Virus record (IMG/VR): IMGVR_UViG_3300035498_000778
Span: 60,893 to 124,892 of that record
Source of the DNA: a virus
Lineage: Duplodnaviria; Caudoviricetes
Strand: one strand, 5' to 3'
Length of the DNA stretch: 64,000 bases
The position numbers were made by a program, and so were the translations under genes. This document shows positions 41,077 through 51,881 of this stretch, piece by piece. Numbering within the stretch: position 1 is the stretch's first letter; every line of letters starts with the position of its first letter. The notes below the pieces were generated by a model that made no database searches, had not been told where the DNA came from, and worked only from the letters and a program-made list of their open reading frames with translations.

Positions 41077-43872
41077 TTATACACTTATGAGTGATTCATC
41101 AAAGTTGATATTACCAAGTTTGATAGTGCTATCATGGAATCCCTTCATATTTAAGTTGGTTAGTGTTTGACCAAGGCATGATATAGTCAAGCCAACATTT
41201 CTAACACCCATTTTATAACTTAGATTACCAGCACAAACGTTACATATACCATTAGAGCTTGTACATGATAATGGTGTTCTCATCTTAACGTGTTTATCTA
41301 CATACTTTCCAATATTCTCGTGTGTTAATTCGACAATCTTATCACCTTCGACTATATACCTATAAACAAATCCTGATATATTATCCTTGGTTAATAATAT
41401 GTCAATCGGATGCTTACTGTGACAGTCTGTTCCTTTCTCGGCAGTACGGTCGGTCTGCATCATTTGAACTAGCTCTTTCTGTAAGTATCCACTTTCAGAT
41501 GTTCCTACAGCTTTAGTATATGCACCAGCAAGAGCAGAGTTATTGAGTGCTGGAATATCCTTTTTATCAAATCCGTCCAAGTAAGATGATGTTATGATGT
41601 CATACTTACCGGTTATGTTATTTGGTACCGCACCACGCATTATATTATTACACTTATAGTTGTTACCAAACGATCCTCTTGCACCAGACTTAAATAGATC
41701 CATTGCGGGGTCATCTGCTATCTCTTTTTCTGCTATCTCTAGTAGTTCATTCTCTATAGCAACGACAGTGTTGATGTCTCCCTTCTCTAATTTCTCCTTA
41801 TTTTTTTCTAATAACTCTTCACGTCTTTTCTTTACTTTATCAGGCGTTCTCATCATAATAGTTGAATATGATGTTGTTAGTAGGGCGTTCAATTTTAATC
41901 CCAAATAATCTCGGGCATCTATATATTGCATCATCTGTTCAGTCTTAACTTTATCATCTAGTAGGGCAGCGCAAATCTCATCTTGCATCTTACCTTGTAA
42001 TTTATTTACTACAGGCCTGTTCACATAAGGTATTACTGAATAAAGACCGGTTCGTTCTAATAGATATCTGTTATAAAGCAATCGTCCTATAGTTGTTTCA
42101 ATCTCGCCGTCTACGTATTTATACATACTCTTATTAAGCTTCACCTTATCGTATGTGTTGTATTTTGATTTAACTTCTTTTCCATTTATAAATTTATCAC
42201 CGAATAAGTCTGAGAAAAATTTATAGTCCATTTGGTCTAATGGAGTATCTAATATTTGTTTCACCACTACTGGTGGAACTGTTTTCGCATCTTTGCGTGG
42301 ATCCTTAGTCAAAACATATATGGTTTGTGCAGCTTCAGATTCTATCGTACGTTTATTTCTCGAGGCAGTGGAGTCAAGAATATTCTGTTTACTATATAGG
42401 AATTTCTCTGCCTCTGCATTAGCTTCCTGAGACCATATTATTTTTATAGTGATCTGGTCGCCGTCATAATCGGCTACCATGTCTGAACAATATGAATTTG
42501 AAAACGATACAGTATCAATAAATATACCCGACATATCATCATGAGATATATTTTGATCTACTACGGGGAACATTGGGTATACCTTACCATTTAAAGTAAA
42601 CTTTTCATGTTTTATTGTTGATACTACTGTGATCTTGTTAAAGAATGTACCCATATCAGGATATCTTGTAAGCATTACATATTTATTTTCAACTACATCA
42701 CAAGCTATTATATACAATAGATCTGTCCACGTAATTTCTTTAATATAATCAGCACCTTGATGATCACTATCTTTATATCCTCGTTTACCTGTCAGATACA
42801 AGGATGTGTTGTCACGAATCTTACCATTAGAATCTTTCGATTTGAATTGAACTTTATTAAACCTTGAAGCTGGGTTTTTGATATAGCTATCCAACACCTT
42901 ATCAAAATATTGATCCGTAAACGTGGATTCTGGGTCTATAGGATACATAAGTTTCGAAATAGTTTCACCATTCCCATCTCTTGTCATCACAGGTATACCT
43001 GAATCTACTTTAGAGAATACTATACGTTCAAACCATAACTTTAATTCTCTTATTATATATGGGTAGCATAAATCTAGAACTTGAGTAAGAGGAACCTGTG
43101 TATGCGTAAAGTTAATTGGCATATCTTCTAGCCTATCAGCTTGGTATGATGGAGCTGTAATGACAGTACGAACAGAGTAATCTATAGTTTTACCCATCAA
43201 TGACTTACGTATCATACCATTCTTTTTTTGTAGTTTTAACTTAAAGTAATCATATATATCTACCAAGGTTTGTTGTATGGTGTAATCTGTACTATAGAAT
43301 GCAAAGTCGAACATTAATGAATTACTAAGCATATCAGTCGATCTTAGTAATTTTATGTATAAACTATTTAAGTCACCACTCTTAGTACCTGATGATTCAT
43401 CAAGTACATCTCTATAAAAGGCTGGTATAACAAGCATCTTGGTTATCCATATGGTTTTCTTCGGATAATTTTGGATAAGATCTACACGTTCTTTACGCAT
43501 AGCGGTGTTTCCTTTATCCCATTTTATATTGTCCCACACTTTATATAGCCATTCAATACCGGTATTACCCTTCTCATCTTCGACGAGAGCTCCATCTACT
43601 AGTTTAAACTTTTTAGTACCTCTTACTATGTCATCAATAACTCTAAATAATCTTCTCATAGATTTATAAACATGAGGATGTAAAAAAGGCTTCTTAAGGT
43701 CTATGTATGCAAATGTCTCTTTACGAGATTTTGTATTATAACCAAATATTTCGTTAGATATTAAACCTTGTGGGTGAGGTCCACTATTTCTGTCAAATAG
43801 AATAGGAGAAGTGATTTCTTGTAGATTATTAATCTTTACATATTCATCTACATTAATCAACTCAATCTTCAT
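41077..43872 (-). CDS. RNA polymerase beta' subunit, single-chain (likely virion RNAP)
   Basis: GLISNEIFG, FAYIDL..PFLHP, KNGMIRKSLMGKTIDYS, RYP, ADYDGD, SGARG, GYLQK, MRTPLSC..GIC..CAG, LNMKGFH; late motif at 43906. Confidence 0.9.
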   Translation of the reverse strand: MKIELINVDEYVKINNLQEITSPILFDRNSGPHPQGLISNEIFGYNTKSRKETFAYIDLKKPFLHPHVYKSMRRLFRVIDDIVRGTKKFKLVDGALVEDEKGNTGIEWLYKVWDNIKWDKGNTAMRKERVDLIQNYPKKTIWITKMLVIPAFYRDVLDESSGTKSGDLNSLYIKLLRSTDMLSNSLMFDFAFYSTDYTIQQTLVDIYDYFKLKLQKKNGMIRKSLMGKTIDYSVRTVITAPSYQADRLEDMPINFTHTQVPLTQVLDLCYPYIIRELKLWFERIVFSKVDSGIPVMTRDGNGETISKLMYPIDPESTFTDQYFDKVLDSYIKNPASRFNKVQFKSKDSNGKIRDNTSLYLTGKRGYKDSDHQGADYIKEITWTDLLYIIACDVVENKYVMLTRYPDMGTFFNKITVVSTIKHEKFTLNGKVYPMFPVVDQNISHDDMSGIFIDTVSFSNSYCSDMVADYDGDQITIKIIWSQEANAEAEKFLYSKQNILDSTASRNKRTIESEAAQTIYVLTKDPRKDAKTVPPVVVKQILDTPLDQMDYKFFSDLFGDKFINGKEVKSKYNTYDKVKLNKSMYKYVDGEIETTIGRLLYNRYLLERTGLYSVIPYVNRPVVNKLQGKMQDEICAALLDDKVKTEQMMQYIDARDYLGLKLNALLTTSYSTIMMRTPDKVKKRREELLEKNKEKLEKGDINTVVAIENELLEIAEKEIADDPAMDLFKSGARGSFGNNYKCNNIMRGAVPNNITGKYDIITSSYLDGFDKKDIPALNNSALAGAYTKAVGTSESGYLQKELVQMMQTDRTAEKGTDCHSKHPIDILLTKDNISGFVYRYIVEGDKIVELTHENIGKYVDKHVKMRTPLSCTSSNGICNVCAGNLSYKMGVRNVGLTISCLGQTLTNLNMKGFHDSTIKLGNINFDESLISV

Positions 43873-43969
43873 AAAATATCATTCCTTTCAATTTAATATT
43901 TTTGTTATTCAAGTGTTTTCAATAGATTTTCTGAGCGTACAAAACAAGAAGAGGATTATCCTCTTCTTG

Positions 43970-46147
43970 TTACCAATTGTTTAATTCATCAAACAGTTCA
44001 AGATCGGTAGTAGTATCATAGCTATACGAATCCACAAGAGATGCGGCTGTGTGACTCATCGTTTCATCTTCTGTCATATTACGCTCTACTAAATTCCTAG
44101 TATCTTTTTGAGCTGCAGCTACAGCATTCCTGTAAATAGTAGCATAATCATTAGCTTCTTTAAACTCTTGTTGCTGTTTTAATTTTTGTACTTCCCACTC
44201 AGGTAGTACACCTGGGTCTAAATCATCTATGGTCATTTCAGGTCTCTTAGTGGTCTCATCCAGTTTCTGACCTTTAATAAATCCGAATGATGCTAGATTA
44301 TTACCATGATAAAAAACATACATCGCAACAAGATAGCTCATGATACTATCATCATGGAATCCCGGACCAGCCTCGATTTTACCAGTTTTAGTTCTGACTA
44401 ATCTGGATATGTCTTCAATGATATTTTTAGTTACAAAGTTGTCTTTATAGTCATGCATATGGTTAGCCAATATGGAAAACATATCACTACGGGAATTGAC
44501 GCCTGTCCATACACCATAATATGACTTCTCACTAGCTTTTGCTTTTAGCATACTCTCCACTGTACTGTATCCTGATATTTTATTTTGTAGTAAATCCTTA
44601 TTCTTATCATAATATAAATTGTATGCTACCTCACTTTCCATTAAATGGTCTATGATAGCATCACCAACGTTATTTCTTTCTATGATAAGTATGCCTCTAG
44701 GTATATGCTTTCTTACAAGTTCTATTATTATTTTTTCAAATTTTGATTCTCCAATATATTGACACGCGAATTCAGCTACAGGTTTAACGGTATATGGATT
44801 TATTACTGTTATTGCGTTATTATCGTTACCTTTACCTGATGAACAGTCTATACCTACTAAATATGGTATTCTTGGATTAAGTTTTTCATAAACGTCAAGC
44901 CTAAAGAATTCTTCCATATAGATTTCTTCTATGACCGGTTGAATATTACTTGTTATGTAATCTATATCTTCAGGTTCGAATGGGGATTCACTAGAACCTC
45001 TCAATCTTTGTAGCAATACCTCACGCTTGAATGTAAGATTGTCACCTATACCTGAAGCCATCTTCTGTAACCATTTTCTTGTAAGGCCTAACTCTTTCCA
45101 TCCATATTCAATATATACAATACCGTTTGTTCCATTAGCCTTAACATATTGAAGAAGCTCATTCTTTTCATCAATTCTATTATAAGCCATATCATACATC
45201 TTTTCAGTAAATGTGGCACAGCCATCTAGTAACTTCGCGGCGTCTTGTCCCATCTGAGTGTCAAGGTCTCCGGGGGTGGACGTAAATATTCTACCATACG
45301 GCGCTCCATTAGATTTTGCAGCTCTAGATGCAGTCTCAAATGTAGAGAATGAGTTTGCTACAATTGTGAAAATAAATGGGGTAAACTCTGTTTCATCAAA
45401 ATGCATTATAGGTGCAGACAAACCTCTCGCCAATGATAACGCTCTTGTATATGATGAAGCTGAAGGTTTTGTTATGATCTGATTGTTATTTATTGGATGC
45501 TTCATACTTGTAGCATTCTTGACAGCTTTAACAATTTTACCTTCTTCAGTCATGACAGATTCAAATTGTAAATATTTTGGTAAATGCTCAATTAAGCTTC
45601 GCATTATTCCTAAATTACTTTTTGCATTACCATCATCTTTATTGATAAAGATAAATTTTGAGTTAGAAGTAGCAAAATTATATATCCAACTTTGTACAGA
45701 TAGCACAGATACAGTTTTACCCTGCTGTCTAGGAAGATTTAGCCAGCTGTCTATACCATGTAATAATAAATATGCTTGAGCTATATTTCCTCTATTAGCT
45801 CTAAACATAACGCCTTGTTCGTTACCACCGGAATCGGGTATTCTCACAACTTCTCGTAAGTAATACCATAAGTTTCTAGTACACTCTACTACTATTCTTG
45901 ATATCTGATCACGGGTTAAATTTGGATCAAAAGGATCTATTCCAGCTAATGATGGATCCTTTATCTCAAGCATAAACGAATTGTTAGCAACGCCAAGTTT
46001 AGCTAGTGTGCTCGAGACTACCAGAAAAGATTTATTTTTTGTACCTAAGTCATAAAATTTATTACCTATTTTCTTAACATTCCTAACACCGATATGTTTA
46101 CCATCTGTAGGTTTTACACATTGTTTAAACGTAGTAGTATCTGACAT
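43970..46147 (-). CDS. Terminase large subunit
   Basis: NLWYYLREVVRIP, PRQQGKT Walker A, HFDETEF, STPGDL, GIDCS, IERNNVG, HDDSIMSYL. Confidence 0.9.
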   Translation of the reverse strand: MSDTTTFKQCVKPTDGKHIGVRNVKKIGNKFYDLGTKNKSFLVVSSTLAKLGVANNSFMLEIKDPSLAGIDPFDPNLTRDQISRIVVECTRNLWYYLREVVRIPDSGGNEQGVMFRANRGNIAQAYLLLHGIDSWLNLPRQQGKTVSVLSVQSWIYNFATSNSKFIFINKDDGNAKSNLGIMRSLIEHLPKYLQFESVMTEEGKIVKAVKNATSMKHPINNNQIITKPSASSYTRALSLARGLSAPIMHFDETEFTPFIFTIVANSFSTFETASRAAKSNGAPYGRIFTSTPGDLDTQMGQDAAKLLDGCATFTEKMYDMAYNRIDEKNELLQYVKANGTNGIVYIEYGWKELGLTRKWLQKMASGIGDNLTFKREVLLQRLRGSSESPFEPEDIDYITSNIQPVIEEIYMEEFFRLDVYEKLNPRIPYLVGIDCSSGKGNDNNAITVINPYTVKPVAEFACQYIGESKFEKIIIELVRKHIPRGILIIERNNVGDAIIDHLMESEVAYNLYYDKNKDLLQNKISGYSTVESMLKAKASEKSYYGVWTGVNSRSDMFSILANHMHDYKDNFVTKNIIEDISRLVRTKTGKIEAGPGFHDDSIMSYLVAMYVFYHGNNLASFGFIKGQKLDETTKRPEMTIDDLDPGVLPEWEVQKLKQQQEFKEANDYATIYRNAVAAAQKDTRNLVERNMTEDETMSHTAASLVDSYSYDTTTDLELFDELNNW

Positions 46148-46219
46148 TATATCAACTCCTTTATAAAATAAATAAGCTATATCACCGATTGGTGATATAG
46201 CTTATTATAATTCGTTTTA

Positions 46220-47854
46220 TTAAAGTGTGCAATTAATAACAACTGTATCACTTTCTGAAACCTTTTCATCTAGTGCGTCTTGTAGACCTGATACACTAGT
46301 AACATCATGAGTATGAGATGCGTCAGCCTTACCTTCTAATGCTGTAGCAACAACCTTGTTCTGTACTGCATTAGTAGATTCTGTGCTGATAGCTGCGTCA
46401 ATAATTGGTGTGTTACTTAGATCTGTGTAGTCACCGCTCTTAGCAACCTTTGCTAGAGATTGATCCAACTTACTTAGATCACCAGTAACATCGGAAACCT
46501 TGCCAGTAACTGTATTAATAGCCTCATTTACAACCTTGTTCTGTACTGCATTCTCAGATGTTTCTGATAGAGCACTATCGATTGTAGGAGTACCAGTTAG
46601 ATCTGAGTACTTACCAGTTGTAGCAACAGTAGCTAGACCCTTCATAGCGTTCTCTAGAGCACTAGAAGCATCAGATGCGTTAGATTCGAGTGCGTTGTCG
46701 ATTGACTTAATCTTAGCAGCGATAACCTTGTTCTGTACTGCATTTACAGACTCTTCATCTAGTTCATCATCAATAGTAGGTGTGTTCTGGATTTCACTAT
46801 AATCATGCTTATGTGTACTATCAGACTTACCTGCAACATCTTCCTTAATGCTATTGATTGCAGTGGTAACAACCTTGTTCTGTACTGCATTCTCAGAAGC
46901 TGTGCTTAGTTCACTATCAACTTCAGGTGTATCTGTTAGATCCTTGTAACTACCAGTAGTAGCAACATCCTTTAGAGAATCCTTAAGATCTTGTACTGCT
47001 TGATTGGAATTACTAATTAGACCCTTAACATCACTAATTGCAGATGCAACAGCCTTAGTCTGTACTGCATTAGTAGATGTATCATTCTCAGCAATTACCG
47101 CATCAATAACTGGTGTGTTGCTTAGATCTGTGTAATCGCCACTCTTAGCAACCTTTGCTAGAGATTGTTCCAAAGTACTTAGGTTGCCAGCAACTTCAGT
47201 AGCCTTACCTTCAGCTGCAGCAATAGCTGTCTTAACAACCTTATTTTGTACTGCATTTTCAGATGTATCTGAAAGCTCAGTGTCAACTGTAGGAGTACCT
47301 GTTAGATCTGAATACTTACCAGATGTAGCAACATCAGCTAGACCAGTTACATCACTTGCTGTATGAGTGTGCTTAGCAGCAGCCTTAGCTTGGATTAGTT
47401 CATCAGCTTCACTCTTAGTGTAGTAATTATCTAGGTCTGTCTTGATAATGTCACCTAGGCATTCCCAGTCATCACCTGTCCATACGTACTCTTGGCAGTT
47501 ATCTTCATCTGCTGTACCTACAATGTATAGATCACCAGTCTTTTGATCATCTGATGGTAGTGCGTCTGTTGAAGCAACCACACCCTTAAAAATAAGAACA
47601 GTAGAGAGTGCAGATTCAATTTGTGAAGTTACTTCACTCTTTGTAAAGTAGTTGTTCATATCTGCGTTAGACTCGATATAAGGTAGTTCAGCAAATGTAG
47701 CTACACCGTCACCGACCTTCATCTTAGTCTTATTATCTGTTGTAAATTCAACAGCGACGTAACCCTTAGGAATCTTTTGGGTGACCCCAGCCCATTGTTC
47801 GGTTGTCTTGGCATCCATGAGGACTTGCCATTTTACAGTCTTATTATTAGCCAT
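46220..47854 (-). CDS. Repeat-containing fibre protein with Mtd-N/hyaluronidase-N-like start
   Basis: KMKVGDGV..F..LPY; about 6 repeats of VA(T/K)(S/T)G.Y.DL..TP..D..LS..S.NAVQNKVV. Confidence 0.75.
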   Translation of the reverse strand: MANNKTVKWQVLMDAKTTEQWAGVTQKIPKGYVAVEFTTDNKTKMKVGDGVATFAELPYIESNADMNNYFTKSEVTSQIESALSTVLIFKGVVASTDALPSDDQKTGDLYIVGTADEDNCQEYVWTGDDWECLGDIIKTDLDNYYTKSEADELIQAKAAAKHTHTASDVTGLADVATSGKYSDLTGTPTVDTELSDTSENAVQNKVVKTAIAAAEGKATEVAGNLSTLEQSLAKVAKSGDYTDLSNTPVIDAVIAENDTSTNAVQTKAVASAISDVKGLISNSNQAVQDLKDSLKDVATTGSYKDLTDTPEVDSELSTASENAVQNKVVTTAINSIKEDVAGKSDSTHKHDYSEIQNTPTIDDELDEESVNAVQNKVIAAKIKSIDNALESNASDASSALENAMKGLATVATTGKYSDLTGTPTIDSALSETSENAVQNKVVNEAINTVTGKVSDVTGDLSKLDQSLAKVAKSGDYTDLSNTPIIDAAISTESTNAVQNKVVATALEGKADASHTHDVTSVSGLQDALDEKVSESDTVVINCTL

Positions 47855-47881
47855 AATGACCACTCCTTTTTATGTTTTATG

Positions 47882-48223
47882 TTATTTTATTTCTTTTGGA
47901 TCGAGTACCGCTTGTAGCGTCTCAATCTCGTCGTATACATTACATACAATACATCTATAACAATGTTCAGTTGTATCATATCTGTATATCCTATTCTCAT
48001 CGGTCGCAATATATAATTTATCAGCTTCACCTATATTAGGGAAGCTGAAATGATCAGAGAATTGTAAGGGGTATTCATCTAGTTTTTCATTAATTTTGTT
48101 AATTTCAGATTTGATATCTTCAATATCATCCCGAGCGTACTTATCTGCTATTTCATATATGCGACCTTTTACACAAATTTTGTCAATAGTAGCGGTTTGC
48201 TTTGTTTTAATGATACTCTGCAT
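47882..48223 (-). CDS. Small tail/fibre-associated protein
   Basis: YEIADKYAR; FPNIGEADKLYIATDENRIYRYD. Confidence 0.6.
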   Translation of the reverse strand: MQSIIKTKQTATIDKICVKGRIYEIADKYARDDIEDIKSEINKINEKLDEYPLQFSDHFSFPNIGEADKLYIATDENRIYRYDTTEHCYRCIVCNVYDEIETLQAVLDPKEIK

Positions 48224-48260
48224 TGTGAATCAACCCTTTCATTTATAATATAATATAAAA

Positions 48261-48809
48261 TTACTTTCTGTTCTTTTTATTACGTTTCTTGTATGGATTG
48301 GATTGCTGATTTTCATCTGTAGTTTCTACAGATTCCTCTGTATCATCGACAGCTGATTCATCAACTTCTTCTGCAGCGCTATTATCATTTGATTCTTCAA
48401 CTTCGTTTATGGTACTCACATCGTTTACAATTTCTTCTACGACAGGTTCGGGCTCATCAACCTTTACAGCTTCAATCTCTACAGGTTTTACTTCTTCCAC
48501 AGGTTTAGTAACTTCTGGAACTTCTTGTCTTTGGCGAGAAATCTTATCTACTGGTTCGGGTTTATCCTGTTCCTTTGACGCTTGTGGTCCAAAGTTGTCC
48601 TTTCTAACGTTTGCGATAGTTAGCTTGATTCTCTCACTTCTGTTATTTGGATTTACCTCATACACAATCTTATTATTGCTTACCATTCTAGCTACAATAT
48701 CTGTAGAAACTCTAGATGGTGATATAATAGGTCCTGTAATAGATCCTAGTTCTAGAATTGGACCACTGTGATTTACCACAACTAATTTCTTGTCGGTCAT
48801 ATCGATCAT
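48261..48809 (-). CDS. Hypothetical protein with acidic disordered tail
   Basis: AGGAGGT RBS; GPI.ELG.I.GPI..P N-terminal domain. Confidence 0.65.
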   Translation of the reverse strand: MIDMTDKKLVVVNHSGPILELGSITGPIISPSRVSTDIVARMVSNNKIVYEVNPNNRSERIKLTIANVRKDNFGPQASKEQDKPEPVDKISRQRQEVPEVTKPVEEVKPVEIEAVKVDEPEPVVEEIVNDVSTINEVEESNDNSAAEEVDESAVDDTEESVETTDENQQSNPYKKRNKKNRK

Positions 48810-48830
48810 AATTTGAACCTCCTAAAATTA

Positions 48831-49139
48831 TTAAGATAAACTATCCTGAACATCGAGGATTTCATCAATAGTAGCCCCATCTTCATTATTGAGAATTCTA
48901 TCAATTTCAATCTCTTCAGTTTCAGGAGTTGATTCTGGAATTGTCTCTATCAACTTTTCAATATCAACGTCTTCTTCACCAGATTCATAAACTGGGTCAT
49001 TAATAGTATCTAGTATCATATCATTGACATTCATGTCATGAATCATTGAACTTAATACTACCCTGTCCCTCTCCATCCTAGCTCTATCTCTAGCAATGGA
49101 AGTTAAACCTTTAATCATAACGCGATCATCCTTTCTCAT
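48831..49139 (-). CDS. Small acidic late protein (putative head protein)
   Basis: Late motif at 49150; VYES site. Confidence 0.6.
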   Translation of the reverse strand: MRKDDRVMIKGLTSIARDRARMERDRVVLSSMIHDMNVNDMILDTINDPVYESGEEDVDIEKLIETIPESTPETEEIEIDRILNNEDGATIDEILDVQDSLS

Positions 49140-49238
49140 TATAGTTATTTACAGTATTGTTTAAAATTATATCTATAAATTACCAAGCGATAAAATAATA
49201 TTGAATACACTGAATTCAGTGTATTCAATATAAATAAT

Positions 49239-50135
49239 CTACTTCTTGTAATGATTTGCCATACCAAGTAGTTCTAGTCTATTATCGAAAGATTCTAGTT
49301 TTAACGCCTTCATCGTACTAAGCATTGTATAATCGCAGATAGTCTTATAGTATATATCCTTATTGTTATCATTAGGGCATGATTCGACATAATACTTCAT
49401 GATACCTTCAAATAACGATGGTTGATATATTTCATTGTTTAATCTCTTTTTACTTATCTCTTTACTAATAGCCTTTTCCATTGCTGGTTGATCGACTATT
49501 TCGTCGTCAGCAGCTAGCTGTTCTTCTAGTGATTTCATTTCTTCTTTTTCAGCAGCATTCTTACGTTGTTCGTCTTGAATAGTATTCATGACGTTATTCC
49601 TAATAGCATCGCTTATTTCATCCATACCCATATCGCTTGTAATGGATTGTAGGTCCTTATCTTCGTCAGCACCCCATTGGAACTGGGCTAACTCAGCTAA
49701 TTTATTATATCCATTATTTATCATCTCTTGCTTCTTCTTTGCGTGCTTTCTTGCCATATAATCAGCAGCTTCTAGCATACTAGTTAGAAATGGAGACTTG
49801 TTCTTCTTAATAGCTTCATGGATATAATATGACGCATCCTTTCCCTTAGTACGAGTATTGATATAATCTGAGATGTCTTGATCTACATCGATAGGATCAC
49901 CATCAACAGGGATAGCATCTTTATAAATCTTACCCAGCATCTTGTCTAGTGAAACCATCCTGCACTTATCACAAGCTTGCTTCACAGCTATTTGCTGTTT
50001 ATAGGGATTTGCGTTATCTCGTTCCTTTTGAAGTTGAAGCTTCTTTTGAGTATCCATATTAGCTAAAAACACATCCATATTAGATTTCTGTTCATCTAAC
50101 TTATCCATTTTATTATTAAAATCCATAACTTTCAT
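49239..50135 (-). CDS. Putative virion structural protein
   Basis: Late motif at 50164; helical; MLEA/LFEG/YVES sites. Confidence 0.6.
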   Translation of the reverse strand: MKVMDFNNKMDKLDEQKSNMDVFLANMDTQKKLQLQKERDNANPYKQQIAVKQACDKCRMVSLDKMLGKIYKDAIPVDGDPIDVDQDISDYINTRTKGKDASYYIHEAIKKNKSPFLTSMLEAADYMARKHAKKKQEMINNGYNKLAELAQFQWGADEDKDLQSITSDMGMDEISDAIRNNVMNTIQDEQRKNAAEKEEMKSLEEQLAADDEIVDQPAMEKAISKEISKKRLNNEIYQPSLFEGIMKYYVESCPNDNNKDIYYKTICDYTMLSTMKALKLESFDNRLELLGMANHYKK

Positions 50136-50236
50136 TCCTTTCTTATTTTAAACGATTTGTTATTATTTTAATGTTTAAGGGGGTAAATAGATACCCGCTT
50201 TTCATACGGGTATCTATTGTGTCATTCTTGTGTAAG

Positions 50237-51823
50237 TTAGACAATATCATATCTTTCGTTCATTCTACAAAGTAGGTCATCGCGTTCTGATTCACTAATG
50301 TAACCATTTCTTGCATCTTCAAGAATATGGCTTCTTATATTCTTGTACTCCTTTTCAGTCACATATTCGATCACAGGAGTAGCATCCGGTGCATATTCCA
50401 TAGGAACGTCACCTCTAGCTCTTTCAGAAATCGCTTCACATAGAGCTACAGCCTTTCTATCGCTAATTTCACCAGAATTATATCCGCTGACTACAGCTTC
50501 TAGTGTAGCGATTAGCTTTTCTCTATCATAGTCATCTATGGCGTAATCATCATCAGCTGCACATTCTAGAATGAGCAATCTGGTATCTTCATACATATCT
50601 TGAGTAAACTCCTTCATAGTTTTTCCACCTTTCTTATCTACTACATTCTTGGTATCAGATTTATTATTATCATTAATGTTCTTATCCTTTTTATTAAAAG
50701 GATTGGCATTCTTAAATTTATTTTTGATATCGGCCTTACGTTCATCATCAAACTTCTGATGTTCTTCGTCACCATCACGTTTTAGATGCTTCTTGGTGTC
50801 TTGACACTGCTTTATAAGCTTATCAATTTTTGCTTGATCTTTCTGACTGTTAGTTCTAGATCTCGCCGCCTTCAACTTATCTATCGTTTTGTCCATAGCC
50901 TCAGCACCAGCATCTGTTGAATTCATCATAAAAATAACCTTTGTCATTCTACTTATAATGATTCCGGGTATGTTAAATGACAATAAAGATCCAATATATA
51001 GAGCATCTGAACTATATACAAGTAATTGATTTAGCACCAAATTAAGCTTAGTTAGTATCTTTAATCCATTATTATTTATATCATTTTCCTTATAATACTT
51101 GTTGCACTCAGCAAGTGTTTGCTCATACTTCTTTAACTCTGGATACTTCTTCGTTAAAGGCGTAATATTAATAAGAAACATGTCTTTAGCACTAGTACCA
51201 ATTGCTTCAGTAACAAGTTCATTTTCATCTAGCAAAACCTCATTCGAGAGAACTGACTCATTTGCTCTAGAAGAAAATGTGTTTTTCAAACTTTTTGCGA
51301 ATCTACGATCTATTTTTGTAGAAACGTGTTCATCTTCACCATAGTTATCCAAATGATCAATTGTTTCGTCTATTCTTATTACCATATCTTTCATTTGCGC
51401 TCTTTGACGATCACTTAATGAACCATTATTTTTGATATGATTAATTAATACCTTCTTGGCGCTATTAAGATGACTCTTAGCCTCTTCCTGATGCCAGCTC
51501 TCTATAGCGTATTGTAACAGCTTATCTATTAAATACGATATAGGATTTAAAGTCAATACAGAAAATAATGCTGAAAAGCTCTCACCAGCATTTAGAAACT
51601 TACCAATTGATATAAGTATCTTCGAACCCATGGTTCTAATTTTTGTTCTATCATCGCAATCATGAAGTACTTTTTCTATCTCAATAATAAGACTCTCATA
51701 TTCTTTAATTTCAGGATACTTTGTAGCTTGTTTCCTGAAAGTTGGTAAAACATAAAATTGTGCAGCTTCAGTAACAAGTCCGTACTCATCATCAAAATCC
51801 GTATTATTGGAATACATATTCAT
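50237..51823 (-). CDS. Putative internal head polyprotein with duplicated domain
   Basis: Two LVTEA...KYPE.K.YE units; late motif at 51860. Confidence 0.65.
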   Translation of the reverse strand: MNMYSNNTDFDDEYGLVTEAAQFYVLPTFRKQATKYPEIKEYESLIIEIEKVLHDCDDRTKIRTMGSKILISIGKFLNAGESFSALFSVLTLNPISYLIDKLLQYAIESWHQEEAKSHLNSAKKVLINHIKNNGSLSDRQRAQMKDMVIRIDETIDHLDNYGEDEHVSTKIDRRFAKSLKNTFSSRANESVLSNEVLLDENELVTEAIGTSAKDMFLINITPLTKKYPELKKYEQTLAECNKYYKENDINNNGLKILTKLNLVLNQLLVYSSDALYIGSLLSFNIPGIIISRMTKVIFMMNSTDAGAEAMDKTIDKLKAARSRTNSQKDQAKIDKLIKQCQDTKKHLKRDGDEEHQKFDDERKADIKNKFKNANPFNKKDKNINDNNKSDTKNVVDKKGGKTMKEFTQDMYEDTRLLILECAADDDYAIDDYDREKLIATLEAVVSGYNSGEISDRKAVALCEAISERARGDVPMEYAPDATPVIEYVTEKEYKNIRSHILEDARNGYISESERDDLLCRMNERYDIV

Positions 51824-51881
51824 TTTTGAACCACCTCTATATTATTAATTATAGTTATTTAATTGACTGTTTATTATACGC

